Notes: generated by a model not told the origin, from the sequence alone. Positions 1-11,623 are shown, numbered from the stretch's first letter. The stretch: 64,000 nt of DNA from Bdellovibrionota bacterium (GCA_044356295.1 JBIKWN010000003.1:16655-80654); one strand, 5' to 3'. Program-made: numbers and translations.

Positions 1-366
1 GACAGGACCAATAAATGAAAGATCTGATTTTGTTTCGGGGAGGGGCATTACTGCATTCATATGTGTTAATTATAGAGAATTTAAAATTTAAACCAAGAGA
101 TCAAATAAAGTTAAATATAACTGCTTATTTATCATTCAGCCTTAAGGGATTCTTTTGAGTTGCATCCAATTACAAGAATACGACCACTCTCGCTGTTCAG
201 GCGTCATATTATGATCACCAATGATCTGCCTAACGTTCGGACGATTAACTGTATCTTGAGATATCATACTCAAAGATATGTCTTAATTTTAAGATTCGTG
301 ACTTGAAAACTAGTAAAAGACAAAAAACGCCTAACTATATAAAATAACAATACTTTTATCTTTTTA

Positions 367-1524
367 TCAATCCAATCGAAGCTCTAAAGCATCACTAACC
401 TCATCAGAGGTCCCCTCTTCCTTCTTTTTTTTCAGATCAGCAAGCTTTGGTTCTTCAACGACTTTTTCCTCATTGAGCTTCACTCTGAGGCGTACATTAT
501 TCGCACTATCGGCATTCTTTAATGCCTCATCAAGAGTAATCCGTCCAGCTTTAAAAAGATCATAGAGCGCTTGATCAAATGTTTGCATTCCAAGATTAAC
601 ACTTTTTTCCATTGTCTCTTTTAGTTCAGTAATTTGTGCTTTTAAAATCAGATCTTTTACCCTTGGAGAATCTAAAAGTACTTCAACTGCTGCAACACGT
701 TTATCATCAATAGTTTTTATCAATCGTTGGCTCACAATAGCCCGCAGATTTAAACTCAGCTGCATATAAATCTGATTATGCCTTTCTGCTGGAAAAAAGT
801 TCATGACTCTTTCCATCGCTTGGTTTGCATTATTACTGTGAAGTGTTGCAAGACAAAGATGCCCAGTCTCGGCAAATGTCAATGCAGCTTCCATTGTTTC
901 AGTATCACGAATCTCACCGAGTAACACGACATCGGGTGCTTGTCGTAAACAGTTCTTTAAAGCTATTTCATACGTTTCAGTATCAAGACCAATTTCTCTC
1001 TGAGAAATTATTGATTTCTTATGCTGATGAACAAATTCAATTGGATCTTCAAGAGTCACAATGTGTCCAGCACTATGTGCATTTCTGTAGTCAATAAGCG
1101 CTGCAAGGCTTGTTGACTTACCTGACCCTGTTGCTCCAACAACAAGCACTAAGCCACGCTTCGTCATAGCTATATCTTTAAACACTTCAGGAAGTTCAAG
1201 ATCTTCAATAGTAAGAATTTCACTTTTAATTTGTCTTACAACAACTCCAATGACACCTCGTTGACGAAATACGTTGACTCGAAATCGACCAAGGTTTCCA
1301 TAATAAAGAGCTAAATTTTGTTCATTTTGAGCAATAAATTCTTTCTGTTGCTTATCATTCATTACACTCATTGCAAGACTTTCTGTCTCTTCTGAAGTTA
1401 AGCAACGATTTCCAGCAGGACGAATACCACCGTTAATTCGGTACATGGGCGGGCTATCAACGGTTATATAGAGATCTGAAGCTCCATGTTCAACCATCAA
1501 AGATAAAAGTTTTGTTATATCCAT
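367..1524 (-). CDS. pilU: Type IV pilus ATPase, PilU-like paralog (PilT/GspE secretion-ATPase family)
   Basis: 385-aa ORF. Walker A GATGSGKST, Asp box LLGEIRD, His box TLHSNNA. Lacks the AxRNLIRE motif of the adjacent paralog (has VKDLILKAQI), as PilU proteins do. Lies in tandem with pilT. Confidence 0.85.
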   Translation of the reverse strand: MDITKLLSLMVEHGASDLYITVDSPPMYRINGGIRPAGNRCLTSEETESLAMSVMNDKQQKEFIAQNEQNLALYYGNLGRFRVNVFRQRGVIGVVVRQIKSEILTIEDLELPEVFKDIAMTKRGLVLVVGATGSGKSTSLAALIDYRNAHSAGHIVTLEDPIEFVHQHKKSIISQREIGLDTETYEIALKNCLRQAPDVVLLGEIRDTETMEAALTFAETGHLCLATLHSNNANQAMERVMNFFPAERHNQIYMQLSLNLRAIVSQRLIKTIDDKRVAAVEVLLDSPRVKDLILKAQITELKETMEKSVNLGMQTFDQALYDLFKAGRITLDEALKNADSANNVRLRVKLNEEKVVEEPKLADLKKKKEEGTSDEVSDALELRLD

Positions 1525-1545
1525 ACCGTTCCTAGAAAAGACTTA

Positions 1546-2616
1546 CTATTTTTTTCTAACCCCAAGTGCTTCTTCTTGCTCTTTAAACATATCTTGATTA
1601 CCGGTTTTCTCGATTGCTGTCTCTTTGGTAATAACACCGCGGTCTACAAGCTCACGAAGATGCATTTCAAGTGTTTGCATCCCGACATTTTGAGAAGTTT
1701 GAATAACGCTCGGAAGTTGGTGAATTTTACCTTCTCGTATAAGGTTTCTTACTGCATTTGTTCCTAACATTATCTCAAGTGCAGCAGCTCTTCCTCCACC
1801 AACTTTTTTACAAAGTGTCTGGGTTATTACACCTTGAATTGATTCTGCAAACATTGCACGAACTTGTGCTTGTTGATTTGGTGGAAATACATCGATGATT
1901 CGATCTACGGTTTTTGGAGCACTTGAAGTATGCAGTGTTCCAAAAACAAGGTGTCCTGTTTCTGCAGCTGTTAGGGCAAGTTGTATTGTTTCAAGGTCTC
2001 GCATCTCTCCTACTAAAACAATATCTGGATCTTCACGAAGTGCCGCACGGAGTGCATTTGAAAACGAGTGAGTATGAGGCCCTACTTCTCTTTGGTTTAC
2101 TAAACATTTTTTTGTTTTATGAACAAACTCAATTGGGTCTTCGATAGTAAGAATATGACCTTCTTCATTTTGATTAATGTAATCAATCATTGCAGCAAGG
2201 GTTGTCGACTTACCGGAACCTGTTGGACCAGTAACTAATACTAAGCCTTTCTCTTTGCGTGCGAGTTCAAGACATACTGCAGGCAATCCTAATTCTTCCG
2301 CGGTTAGAATTTTGGTTGGAATTTTTCGAAAGACTGCACCGACTCCCCTATTTTGGCGAAAAACGTTTACACGAAATCTGGCAACTTCTCCGAGCTGCAT
2401 CGAAAAATCGAGATCACTAAATTCTTCAAAATGTTTTCTATGAGTATCCGACATGATGTCATAGATCATTGCGAGTGTTTCTTCTGAACTAAGCACGGGA
2501 GCTTTGAGCTTCTTCATTGAACCATGCACTCTGACCATTGGAGGCTCGCCCGCTGAAATATGAAGATCTGAGGCGTCCTGAGCGTGTGCAAACTGTAAAA
2601 GTTGTGTGATATCCAT
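1546..2616 (-). CDS. pilT: Type IV pilus twitching-motility retraction ATPase PilT
   Basis: 356-aa ORF. Walker A GPTGSGKST, Asp box LVGEMRD, His box TLHTSSA, PilT signature AVRNLIREGK. Confidence 0.92.
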   Translation of the reverse strand: MDITQLLQFAHAQDASDLHISAGEPPMVRVHGSMKKLKAPVLSSEETLAMIYDIMSDTHRKHFEEFSDLDFSMQLGEVARFRVNVFRQNRGVGAVFRKIPTKILTAEELGLPAVCLELARKEKGLVLVTGPTGSGKSTTLAAMIDYINQNEEGHILTIEDPIEFVHKTKKCLVNQREVGPHTHSFSNALRAALREDPDIVLVGEMRDLETIQLALTAAETGHLVFGTLHTSSAPKTVDRIIDVFPPNQQAQVRAMFAESIQGVITQTLCKKVGGGRAAALEIMLGTNAVRNLIREGKIHQLPSVIQTSQNVGMQTLEMHLRELVDRGVITKETAIEKTGNQDMFKEQEEALGVRKK

Positions 2617-2671
2617 TCTATTTTCTTTCTAGGAAAATTTCTTATTACCGAGCAGTGTATTTCCCCAGTAA

Positions 2672-5600
2672 ATGTCGGTAGATTATGTAAAAAGGTTGAG
2701 CATGCAGGGTAAAAGGTTTTTCGGTCTGCAAGGGGGTGCCACTGGGTGGTTCATCGGCAGAGCCTTGTCTACTCATCCAAGGATCGTTCTTTTTTGTAAA
2801 AGTAAGAACGCACAAGAGAGCCTAGTTGGCGACCTTCAATTCTTCTGTGGCGATACACCAATTCTTGTTATATCTGGCTCAGATACACTGCCTTTCGAAG
2901 AAGTCTCACCAGATATTGACCTCTCTGCACAGCGACTTCATGCTTTTTTATCGCTTAAGAAGCTACCATCTTACGTTGCTATAATTTCTCCTGACGCGCT
3001 CCCTCAAAAGACGATACAAAGTTCTATTTTAGAAGACCTTTGCTTCGATCTGTCCCTAAAAGAGCAAATCACCAAAGAAATCCTAACCTCAAAGATGGTT
3101 CTTGCAGGGTATACGGGAACCTCATCAGTTTCGCAGGTTGGTGATTTTGCAATTCGAGGTAGTGTGGTTGATTGCTATTCATCCTCATACTCAAACCCCA
3201 TAAGAATTGAATTTGAAGATTCAAAAATTATTTCGCTTAGGCTTTTTGATATTGATACGCAACGATCAATTAGTGAAATAAAAAAAGTTTCTATTTTTCC
3301 AGTAAGAGAGCTAACACTTTTTTCAAAAGAGACACCACTCCATGAAAAACTAGAAGCTGTTATCGCGCAGATTAAATCCAGAGGAAAACAGTTAGAAACA
3401 CCACCTCGTGAAATTGCTCGGTGGATGTCTGCATTTCGAACGGGAACTATTCTTCCCGGATATGAACTCATACAAAAGATAGTGACACCTGAAACAAAAA
3501 CTATTTTTGATTTTATTCCAAACGATGCACAAACAATTATTCAAGATAACATCGGAATTTTACAACTCGTCGATGAGGAATCTGACCTCATTGAATCACG
3601 ATTTCAAAGACTTTCGGAAGAACATAGACTCATTCCAGAAATTTCGTCGGCATTTATCGATAGAAAAGTAATCTCAAATTATTTATCACAGACAAATCAT
3701 ATTCACATTGATCACCTCCCTTCAATTAATGATGATGAAGAATCTATAAACCTTCTTACTCGCTCGACATTAGACATTTCAACTAAAGTAAAAGCCGCAA
3801 GAACCCTTGAAGACGGCGAATCAACTCTTAAGCAAGAACTTACAAAACTTCGAAAAAAAGGAGTGATTATTGCTTTCTGTGTAGGGGCAGAAGCACGTGC
3901 AAAAAGACTACAATCGCTCCTTTCAAGAATTTCAATAGATGCCCCTATTGCGTATTACTCTGCTAGAGAATGGCTTGATCATCCATTTAAACCTCCCGTT
4001 GTCATTCTTTCAGGCTCTCTATCTGGAGGATTTTTCATCTCTGATCCTAGCGCTGTATTTTTTGCAGAGCATGAAATATTTTCTGAAAGGTCACACCGAA
4101 AAAAAACTCACGCAGCATTCAATTTAAAAAGAATTCTCGCCTCACTTGCAAGACTTTCTGATGGGGATTATGTGGTTCACTCGGACTACGGTATTGGTCG
4201 ATATCTTGGACTAAAACACTTTGAAGTTGAAGGCGGAAGTGGTGATTTTTTACATATTCAGTATGCAGATAGCGTTCTCTATGTACCGATCCAAAATATT
4301 GGAAGAGTCAAAAAATTCTCTGCAAGTGAAGGACAAGTACCTCACCTTGATAAACTAGCATCGACTCGGTGGGTAAAAACAAAAGCTAAAATTAGAGAAT
4401 CAGTAGCTGCGCTCGCCGGTGACCTTATTAGACTGTATGCAGCACGAAGCGTAGCCAAAGGATGGCGTTTTGAACCATGGGGTGCTGAAGATGAGCGTTT
4501 TGCCGAAGGTTTTCCTTATAACGAAACTCCTGATCAGCAAAAAGCAATCGAAGAAGTCATTTCAGACATGAGCAAAGACCAAGTCATGGATAGACTCGTC
4601 TGTGGTGATGTCGGTTTTGGAAAGACAGAAGTTGCTATTCGTGCAGCATTCAAAGCAATTGAGCACAAACGACAAGTTGCTGTTCTTGTTCCAACAACAA
4701 TCTTAGTTGAACAGCATCGAAAAAACTTTGCTCAACGATTTAAAGAATATGATGTAAAAATTCGAGCACTCAGTCGATTTAATTCACCAAAAGACTCAAA
4801 AAAAATAATTGAAGATTTAAAAAATGGTGAAGTTGATATTGTTATTGGAACACATCGACTTTTATCAAAAGATATTCTCTTTAATGATTTAGGATTAGTA
4901 ATTATTGATGAAGAACATCGATTTGGAGTAAAGCAAAAAGAAAAATTAAAAGCACTCAAACGCTCAGTTGATGTATTAACGCTGACAGCAACACCAATTC
5001 CAAGAACGCTTCATATGTCACTTTTAAGCATTAGAGACATCAGTGTCATTCAATCCCCTCCACAAGATAGACGATCCATTAGAACGTATGTTGCAAACCA
5101 CGATGCTACTTTAATCAGGGATGCAATTCTTCGAGAAATCCAACGAGGAGGACAAGCATTTTATTTACATAACAGAGTTCAGTCGATTGATGCAGTAACA
5201 GCCACACTAAAAGAACTCATTCCTGAAGCTCGACTTCGTTACGCTCATGGTCAAATGTCAGAAACACAATTAGAAACGATAATGCAAGATTTTATCGATC
5301 ATAAATTTGATGTTCTTGTGAGTACTACTATTATTGAATCAGGTATTGATATCCCTAATGCAAATACACTTATTATTGAGCGAGCAGATACCTTTGGACT
5401 AGCTCAGCTGTATCAAATTCGTGGTCGTGTTGGTAGAAGCACGAGACAAGCATATGCATATCTTTTGGTTCCAAAAACACAAAAACTAAATGAGGATGCC
5501 CGGCGCCGATTAAAAGCACTGCAATCACTTGATGAGCTTGGTCATGGATTTAATCTTGCGATGCAAGATCTTGAAATTCGTGGAGCTGGAAACTTGCTTG

Positions 5601-6154
5601 GGAAAGAACAATCTGGAAGCGTCTTGGCAGTTGGATTTGATCTCTATACAAAAATTCTTCGTGAAGCAGTGCTGAATCTAAAAGGCGAAGAACTTGATCT
5701 CAGTGAATCAATTGATCCTGAAATTAAAATACCTGCTGCTGCTTTTATTCCTGAATGGTACATCCCCGATGTATCAGAGCGTCTCATCATGTATCAAAGA
5801 CTTGCTGGCATCGAAACTGATGTTGACAGTCAAGAATATCGATCTGAAATGATTGATAGATTTGGTCCACTTCCCCCAGAAGTTCATACATTCGTAGAGC
5901 TTATGAGGCTACGATCGCTTCTCCGAGTATACGGTGTTCCAAAACTTGAAATTGTTAACAATGGTATTGTCATCTCGCTTTCTAAGCGATCCCCAGTTCA
6001 GCTCGATAAAATTATGATTCTCACTAAAAAGCACCCTGAGACATTCCGTTTTGGAAAAAACTTATCCCTTACTATGAAACTCTTAAATCCCGAAAAAGTT
6101 CAGCCAGATGATATCTATCCACTTGTCGCTGAGATTTTTGAAAGAATTTCTTAG
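2672..6154 (+). CDS. mfd: Transcription-repair coupling factor Mfd
   Basis: 1160-aa ORF. CarD/RNAP-interaction segment (DYVVHSDYGIGRY). Helicase motif I GDVGFGKTEVA and motif II DEEHRFGV. C-terminal TRCF region. Size is typical of Mfd. Confidence 0.95.
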   Translation: MSVDYVKRLSMQGKRFFGLQGGATGWFIGRALSTHPRIVLFCKSKNAQESLVGDLQFFCGDTPILVISGSDTLPFEEVSPDIDLSAQRLHAFLSLKKLPSYVAIISPDALPQKTIQSSILEDLCFDLSLKEQITKEILTSKMVLAGYTGTSSVSQVGDFAIRGSVVDCYSSSYSNPIRIEFEDSKIISLRLFDIDTQRSISEIKKVSIFPVRELTLFSKETPLHEKLEAVIAQIKSRGKQLETPPREIARWMSAFRTGTILPGYELIQKIVTPETKTIFDFIPNDAQTIIQDNIGILQLVDEESDLIESRFQRLSEEHRLIPEISSAFIDRKVISNYLSQTNHIHIDHLPSINDDEESINLLTRSTLDISTKVKAARTLEDGESTLKQELTKLRKKGVIIAFCVGAEARAKRLQSLLSRISIDAPIAYYSAREWLDHPFKPPVVILSGSLSGGFFISDPSAVFFAEHEIFSERSHRKKTHAAFNLKRILASLARLSDGDYVVHSDYGIGRYLGLKHFEVEGGSGDFLHIQYADSVLYVPIQNIGRVKKFSASEGQVPHLDKLASTRWVKTKAKIRESVAALAGDLIRLYAARSVAKGWRFEPWGAEDERFAEGFPYNETPDQQKAIEEVISDMSKDQVMDRLVCGDVGFGKTEVAIRAAFKAIEHKRQVAVLVPTTILVEQHRKNFAQRFKEYDVKIRALSRFNSPKDSKKIIEDLKNGEVDIVIGTHRLLSKDILFNDLGLVIIDEEHRFGVKQKEKLKALKRSVDVLTLTATPIPRTLHMSLLSIRDISVIQSPPQDRRSIRTYVANHDATLIRDAILREIQRGGQAFYLHNRVQSIDAVTATLKELIPEARLRYAHGQMSETQLETIMQDFIDHKFDVLVSTTIIESGIDIPNANTLIIERADTFGLAQLYQIRGRVGRSTRQAYAYLLVPKTQKLNEDARRRLKALQSLDELGHGFNLAMQDLEIRGAGNLLGKEQSGSVLAVGFDLYTKILREAVLNLKGEELDLSESIDPEIKIPAAAFIPEWYIPDVSERLIMYQRLAGIETDVDSQEYRSEMIDRFGPLPPEVHTFVELMRLRSLLRVYGVPKLEIVNNGIVISLSKRSPVQLDKIMILTKKHPETFRFGKNLSLTMKLLNPEKVQPDDIYPLVAEIFERIS

Positions 6155-6186
6155 AATTGAATTCTTAATTCTAGTAGAATGCCTTT

Positions 6187-8313
6187 GTGAACGACCTTGG
6201 TAATCAGCGACTACAACTCTTTTTTCACCAAAGCCCATTGGGCTTTATCGAATGGAATAAAGAATGGAAAGTTATTGGGTGGAATTCTGCTGCTTCTGCA
6301 ATCTTTGAATTCACTCAAACAGAAGCCATGGGGATTGATCACTTACAGATAATTCCTTTTTCAGATCAATTTCAAGTAAACCAAGTTATCGAACGACTCG
6401 AAAATCACCGTGGCGGACGATTTAGTGAAAATAACAATATTACAAAATCCGGAAAAGTAATCCGTTGTCGTTGGTACAATACAATTCTTTATGACGAAAA
6501 TGGAGAACAAATTGGCGCAGCATCCGTCGTACAAGATATTACAAAAGAAGTTGAAGCCCATAAGCGACTGCTTTCGTATTATGAACGATTAAATGAATTT
6601 AGTAATAACCTACTTGAAATATCACAACGACGTTCAATTTCAGGGGAACGACTCGGTTCAACTATTCGTGAATTAACAGAGTTTGGTGCTAGAGCACTAA
6701 AAGTTGATAGGGCCAGTAGCTGGTTATTTAATCAGTCTCATACAGCAGCAACAGCTGTAACTGTTTTTGATCTTCGAACTTCAATACATATTTCTGGAAA
6801 TACTTTACAGTTTAGCGATTATCCAAATTTTTTTGATGCACTCACTGAAGAACGGTTTATAGCGGCGGATAAAGCTCGAACTGATCCGAGAACGAAAGAA
6901 TTTTTAGAGAATTACTTTATTCCAGAAAATATTTTTGGAAAGCTCTCAATCATTGTCCGAAAAAAAGGAGCCATTACTGGCATGCTTTGCTTTGAGCATG
7001 CCGATTCAAATCGTAGCTGGGAACCAGAAGAACTTCTATTTGCAACAGCACTTTCTGATTTAACATCACTCGCTCTCGAAGAAAGAGAGCGTTCAATAGA
7101 AGAATCAAAGCGAAAACGTCTCGAAGAGCAGCTTTTTCAAAGTCAGAAATTAGAGGCCCTTGGCTCACTCGCTGGAGGCATAGCTCATGACTTTAATAAT
7201 TTACTAAGCGCAATTCTTGGAAGTGCTGAGCTTGCTGAACTCCGCCTTCAAGCCAACCAAGATATTCGACCTCAATTTCAAACCATCCATCAAGCTGGTG
7301 CACGTGCAAGAGATCTCGTAAAACAAATTTTAACCTTTAGTAGAAAAGCCCCTCTTACCCTTGAACCGTTAATACTAGAAAGCGCTATCGAATCCGGACT
7401 TGGGCTGTTAAAAACTACTCTTCCCTCATCCATCAACTTACAGGTGACCTTACAAGAAGTTCCAACGTATATACTTGGTTCGCTCACCCAAATTCATCAA
7501 ATCCTTATTAATTTGGTTACAAATGCATCCCATGCTATCGGCGATGAACCAGGTCTGATCTCAATTGAAACAAAGAGGTATAACTTTATCAGTCAAGAAG
7601 GTTTGATTGATGCTCTTCCACATATCAGCTTACATTCAGGAGAGCATATCGAACTTTGCATTAAAGATTCAGGACATGGAATTCCAGAATCAATCCTGAG
7701 TAGTATCTTTGATCCATTTTTTACTACCAAAGATACAGGCAAAGGAACTGGTCTTGGACTCTCGATTGTTCATTCAATCGTTCGTAACCTAAGCGGAGCA
7801 ATTACAGTAGAAAGCACTCATCGTAAAGGCACAACATTTCATATCTACTTTCCAATCCTTAAGAAGGATGCCTTGGAGCCCAATAAAAACCCTTTAGACA
7901 TTGAATCAGATAAAAAATTACCTACTGGTTCGAATAAACAAATCATCATAATAGATGATGAGGCATCTATCGTTTCACTTCTAAAAGATATTCTCGAAAA
8001 AGAAAATTATATTGTTAAAAGCTTCAATCGACCTGATGAAGCACTTTTAGCTTTTCAAAAAGATCCCTCCTTATATTCCCTTATTATCACTGATCAAATG
8101 ATGCCTATAATGACTGGAATTCATCTGGCAGAAAAAATTAAAAGGATCTCATCTTCAACTCCAGTAATACTCCTTTCTGGGCATGCGTTTCCCGAACGAT
8201 TCACTGAGCTTGGAATATCAGCGTGTATCCCTAAGCCTTTTACCCCTGCAACATTACTTGAAGTAGTTGCAAAACTTGCACATCGAATGACACCAGTTAA
8301 TAAAAAATTATAG
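6187..8313 (+). CDS. Hybrid sensor histidine kinase (PAS-GAF-HisKA-HATPase-receiver)
   Basis: 708-aa ORF with a GTG start. N-terminal PAS-like and GAF-like regions. H-box [12 protein letters not shown] and G boxes [24 protein letters not shown]-terminal receiver (IIIIDDE..ITDQMMP..PKPF). Confidence 0.88.
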   Translation: MNDLGNQRLQLFFHQSPLGFIEWNKEWKVIGWNSAASAIFEFTQTEAMGIDHLQIIPFSDQFQVNQVIERLENHRGGRFSENNNITKSGKVIRCRWYNTILYDENGEQIGAASVVQDITKEVEAHKRLLSYYERLNEFSNNLLEISQRRSISGERLGSTIRELTEFGARALKVDRASSWLFNQSHTAATAVTVFDLRTSIHISGNTLQFSDYPNFFDALTEERFIAADKARTDPRTKEFLENYFIPENIFGKLSIIVRKKGAITGMLCFEHADSNRSWEPEELLFATALSDLTSLALEERERSIEESKRKRLEEQLFQSQKLEALGSLAGGIAHDFNNLLSAILGSAELAELRLQANQDIRPQFQTIHQAGARARDLVKQILTFSRKAPLTLEPLILESAIESGLGLLKTTLPSSINLQVTLQEVPTYILGSLTQIHQILINLVTNASHAIGDEPGLISIETKRYNFISQEGLIDALPHISLHSGEHIELCIKDSGHGIPESILSSIFDPFFTTKDTGKGTGLGLSIVHSIVRNLSGAITVESTHRKGTTFHIYFPILKKDALEPNKNPLDIESDKKLPTGSNKQIIIIDDEASIVSLLKDILEKENYIVKSFNRPDEALLAFQKDPSLYSLIITDQMMPIMTGIHLAEKIKRISSSTPVILLSGHAFPERFTELGISACIPKPFTPATLLEVVAKLAHRMTPVNKKL

Positions 8314-8317
8314 ATCT

Positions 8318-8713
8318 TTAAGCTTTACTAAGACTTTTAAGTATCTGCATTGCTTTATTTGCATCACTTGGTCTTACAAAAAGATGATCATGAAATATTG
8401 GTGAAAACGCATTAACACTTATTGAATGCTCAGCTAAAGCATTTGTAATTCGAGCTAAAAATCCGACTGCATCAAGAGATGAATTAACATTTAAAGTAAT
8501 CTGGGTTCCGATCCAATCGATAGACAATCCAAGTTGCTCGGCATCCTTTACTTTATAAATCACTGTTACTCCTTCCTGTTCCTGAAACATTGCGATTGGA
8601 AGAATAGAGAAATCTTTTAGTTGCTCTGTGGTTACGTTACAGAACGCACAATCAGAGCCAAGGAGCGGCTCAATATGTTTGAGCAATAGTTCAAGGTTTG
8701 TGATAGGCCTCAT
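8318..8713 (-). CDS. ACT-domain protein (DUF2241/ACT_7-like)
   Basis: 131-aa ORF. Its size and layout resemble small ACT-domain proteins (N-terminal LL..L.P.L...C.FC, C-terminal beta-alpha-beta ACT fold segment AVGFLARITNALAEHSISV). Assigned from memory of the family only. Confidence 0.5.
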   Translation of the reverse strand: MRPITNLELLLKHIEPLLGSDCAFCNVTTEQLKDFSILPIAMFQEQEGVTVIYKVKDAEQLGLSIDWIGTQITLNVNSSLDAVGFLARITNALAEHSISVNAFSPIFHDHLFVRPSDANKAMQILKSLSKA

Positions 8714-8807
8714 AAATCTACTTTAAGCCATCCATTACAAAGAAATAAACTGTACAGATAGGAATCTCTTTTCTATTTCAATAAAAAGGGCGAAGATAGC
8801 AGCGCCA

Positions 8808-9809
8808 ATGAGACACTTCAATCGAAAAACTCTTGTAATTTCAATTAGTTATATTTTTCTCGTTGCCTATTCTTCTTTTGCTGAAAGGCTTATCGACTCA
8901 GTTATTGCTACCGTCGATGATAAGCCGATTACATTGCTAGAATTAGGCAAACGCCTCTCTCCTGTAAGGCAAGTTGCGCTAAAAGAATTACAAACAGATG
9001 AAGTAGTGAAGAAAGCTCTTGATGGTCTCATCCTTGAGAAGCTCTTAGTAGCGGAAGCTGAAAGAAAGAATATAAGAATCAGCGATGAAGATATCACCCG
9101 ATACGTAGAAGAAGTAAAGCAGCGTAATCAACTCTCAGATTCAGCATTTGAAGATGCCTTGAGAAAAGAAAATCAATCACTTGCTACGTATAAAGACAGA
9201 GTAAAAAGTGAAATATTAAAAAGTCGCGTTGCCACTGCTTCAATTAAAAGCACTGCCGCTGTTACCGATGAAGAGGTAACACAATTTATTAAACAAAAAT
9301 TAAGTGGCGAATCGATTCATGCTTCCGGTCAAAAAGTCCATTTAAGAAGAATACTTCTCTCTTCATCGAAATATAGTGCAGAGGATGCTCGTAAAAAAAG
9401 TGAAGATTTAAAATTAGAAATCTTAGATGGTTCTGATTTTGCTGAGATAGCAAAATCTGTTTCCGATGCAACTGATGCAATCAACGGTGGCGATCTTGGG
9501 ATTGTACCCAGCAATGATTTAAGTCCAGAAATTATCGATGCAGTTAAACCGCTAAAAGCAAATGAACTTTCTCACCTCGTTACAACACCTGAGGGTTTTG
9601 AGATTTTTCAACTCATCGAAAGAATAGATAGCTCTGAATCAGATTCATCTGATGAAGATGAAGAGTTAAAAAAGAAAGTAGAGGCTGTGCCAGATGATAT
9701 TCGTGCTCAGATAAAACAAAAGCTTGAAGCTGAAAAAATGGAGAAGAAAATGATATCATTTATCGATATTGAACTTCCTAAACTCCATACTATTGAAAAA
9801 AAATTTTAA
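8808..9809 (+). CDS. SurA-like periplasmic chaperone / parvulin-type peptidyl-prolyl isomerase
   Basis: 333-aa ORF. N-terminal signal-like hydrophobic segment. SurA-N-like region (IATVDDKPITLLEL). One PpiC/parvulin domain (HLRRILL...GGDLGIV...GFEIFQLIER). Acidic Ser/Asp/Glu insert near the C-terminus. Confidence 0.75.
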   Translation: MRHFNRKTLVISISYIFLVAYSSFAERLIDSVIATVDDKPITLLELGKRLSPVRQVALKELQTDEVVKKALDGLILEKLLVAEAERKNIRISDEDITRYVEEVKQRNQLSDSAFEDALRKENQSLATYKDRVKSEILKSRVATASIKSTAAVTDEEVTQFIKQKLSGESIHASGQKVHLRRILLSSSKYSAEDARKKSEDLKLEILDGSDFAEIAKSVSDATDAINGGDLGIVPSNDLSPEIIDAVKPLKANELSHLVTTPEGFEIFQLIERIDSSESDSSDEDEELKKKVEAVPDDIRAQIKQKLEAEKMEKKMISFIDIELPKLHTIEKKF

Positions 9810-9829
9810 TAATTAAGGGATAGTACTTT

Positions 9830-11209
9830 ATGAAACTTTTTCCACATATCTTCCGTGAATATGACATTAGAGGAACAGTCGATGTCGATTTATCAACTGA
9901 TTTTGCTTATTTACTCGGACGAGCATATGCAACGCTCGCTAAAGAAAATAAAAAAAATCAAATAGCCGTCGGTTATGATTGTCGATTAAGTTCCCCTGGA
10001 TATGCCGATGCTGTTTGTAAAGGACTAAACGATGAAGGTATCGATGCTGTCCTCATTGGAATGGGTCCTACACCACTCGCCTACTTTTCTACGTTCGTCT
10101 ATGGATTTGGTGGAGCTATTCAAATCACAGGGAGCCATAACCCACCTGATATGAACGGTTTTAAAATCTGTCTAGGAACAAGTACGTTGTCTGGACCAGA
10201 TATTCAAGATCTTTTAAAACGTTGCGATCGACTCAATGGAACAGAGGCAAAACATAAAGGTGTTGGAACAACTTCAAGAAAAAATATTATCGAAGATTAC
10301 TCATCTCATATTATTAATAATATTAAACCTCACATGGGTAATCGCAAACTAAAAGTTGTATGTGATGCCGGCAATGGTGTTGGTGGAATGACGGGGCCTA
10401 CTATCCTTAGATCACTTGGATGTGAAGTTATTGAACTTTTCTGTGAACCAGATGGTAACTTCCCAAATCATCATCCTGATCCTACTGTTCTGAAAAATAT
10501 CCAAACGCTTATCAAGACTGTAAAAGAGACTGGGGCCGATATCGGGATCGGCTGGGATGGAGATGCCGATAGGATTGGTGCAGTTGATGAAAAAGGAAAT
10601 GTTATCTTTGGCGATATGCTCGTACTGATTTTCGGTCGAGCAATCCTTAATGAAGATGCAGGAGCAACAATTATTGGCGATGTAAAATGCTCAAAGCTTC
10701 TTTTTGATGACATTAATCAAAAAGGTGGGAAGGCTATTATGTGGAAAACTGGTCACTCACTCATCAAAGCAAAATTAAAAGAGACTGGTGGAGCTCTTGC
10801 TGGAGAAATGAGCGGACATATCTTTTTCAAAAATAGGTTTTTCGGATTTGATGACGCAATTTATGCCTCTTGTCGTCTTATAGAAATCTTAAGTAATACC
10901 GATAAAAAAGCATCATCACTTCTTGCAGACCTTCCTGTAATGGTTTCAACACCTGAAATACGATTCGATTGCCCAGAAGAGATTAAATTTAAAGTTCCCG
11001 AACTTGCGAAAAATGCATTCAAAGACTATTCAGTTGATACAACTGATGGAGCACGCATCACATTCGAACATGGTTGGGGGCTCATTCGAGCATCAAACAC
11101 TCAACCTGTTTTAGTTATGAGATTTGAAGCAACAACGGAATCTGAACTTAAGAAGTACGAGTCACTCGTAAATGCTAAGCTCGAAGAAATTATTTCTTCC
11201 TTAAAGTAG
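9830..11209 (+). CDS. Phosphomannomutase/phosphoglucomutase (alpha-D-phosphohexomutase)
   Basis: 459-aa ORF. Active-site serine loop TGSHNPPDMNGFK, metal loop GWDGDADR, sugar loop GEMSGH. Confidence 0.92.
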   Translation: MKLFPHIFREYDIRGTVDVDLSTDFAYLLGRAYATLAKENKKNQIAVGYDCRLSSPGYADAVCKGLNDEGIDAVLIGMGPTPLAYFSTFVYGFGGAIQITGSHNPPDMNGFKICLGTSTLSGPDIQDLLKRCDRLNGTEAKHKGVGTTSRKNIIEDYSSHIINNIKPHMGNRKLKVVCDAGNGVGGMTGPTILRSLGCEVIELFCEPDGNFPNHHPDPTVLKNIQTLIKTVKETGADIGIGWDGDADRIGAVDEKGNVIFGDMLVLIFGRAILNEDAGATIIGDVKCSKLLFDDINQKGGKAIMWKTGHSLIKAKLKETGGALAGEMSGHIFFKNRFFGFDDAIYASCRLIEILSNTDKKASSLLADLPVMVSTPEIRFDCPEEIKFKVPELAKNAFKDYSVDTTDGARITFEHGWGLIRASNTQPVLVMRFEATTESELKKYESLVNAKLEEIISSLK

Positions 11210-11221
11210 TTCGAATCAATA

Positions 11222-11623
11222 CTAAATCGACCAGAGTGCGTCGATCTTCTCTTCAAGAGCAGTTGGGGAAAAAGGCTTTAATAGGTAGTCCATCGCTCGG
11301 CAATCGAGGGATTCTAAAAGCTCCTTCTTGTCGAGATCTGATGTTATAAATATCGTTCTTAAATACTGCAATCGATCCGTGCCATCTAGCATCTTGATGA
11401 GATCGGTTCCTAATCCATCTTTAAGATGAATATCTGATACAAGCAAATCAATATTACTATTTTTTAAGTGCTCAATTGAATCTGTAATACCGTTACACTC
11501 AATAAAGTTTTTAAACCCGATTCGAGCGAGCATACGAACTGTTACTTTTCTAGCTGAAGGAACATCATCAACAACAAGCACTTTGACTTCTGCTTTTCTT
11601 TCATCTGTAAGTTTTTCAGCCAT
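11222..11623 (-). CDS. Single-domain response regulator (CheY-like receiver)
   Basis: 133-aa ORF. Acidic pocket VLVVDD, phospho-acceptor LLVSD, conserved Lys in LLKPF. No output domain. Confidence 0.85.
   Translation of the reverse strand: MAEKLTDERKAEVKVLVVDDVPSARKVTVRMLARIGFKNFIECNGITDSIEHLKNSNIDLLVSDIHLKDGLGTDLIKMLDGTDRLQYLRTIFITSDLDKKELLESLDCRAMDYLLKPFSPTALEEKIDALWSI

Noticed and set aside
1-60. Possible 5' end of a minus-strand gene running off the left edge (ATG at 60-58: MNAVMPLPETKSDLSFIGPV...).
   Set aside because: Only 20 codons are visible, there is no SD, and no motif is recognisable. This is insufficient evidence.
825-1097. Antisense or alternative-frame ORFs of 60-137 aa lying inside well-supported genes. 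Examples: 825-1097, 1914-2147, 3175-3471, 16196-16522, 18497-18895, 32446-32763, 36747-37073, 38269-38682 and 48430-48732.
   Set aside because: Each lies wholly within a longer ORF that has clear conserved-family motifs. Their translations are low-complexity or Leu/Ser/Phe-rich, which is typical of the antisense strand of AT-rich genes. None has an SD or a recognisable domain.
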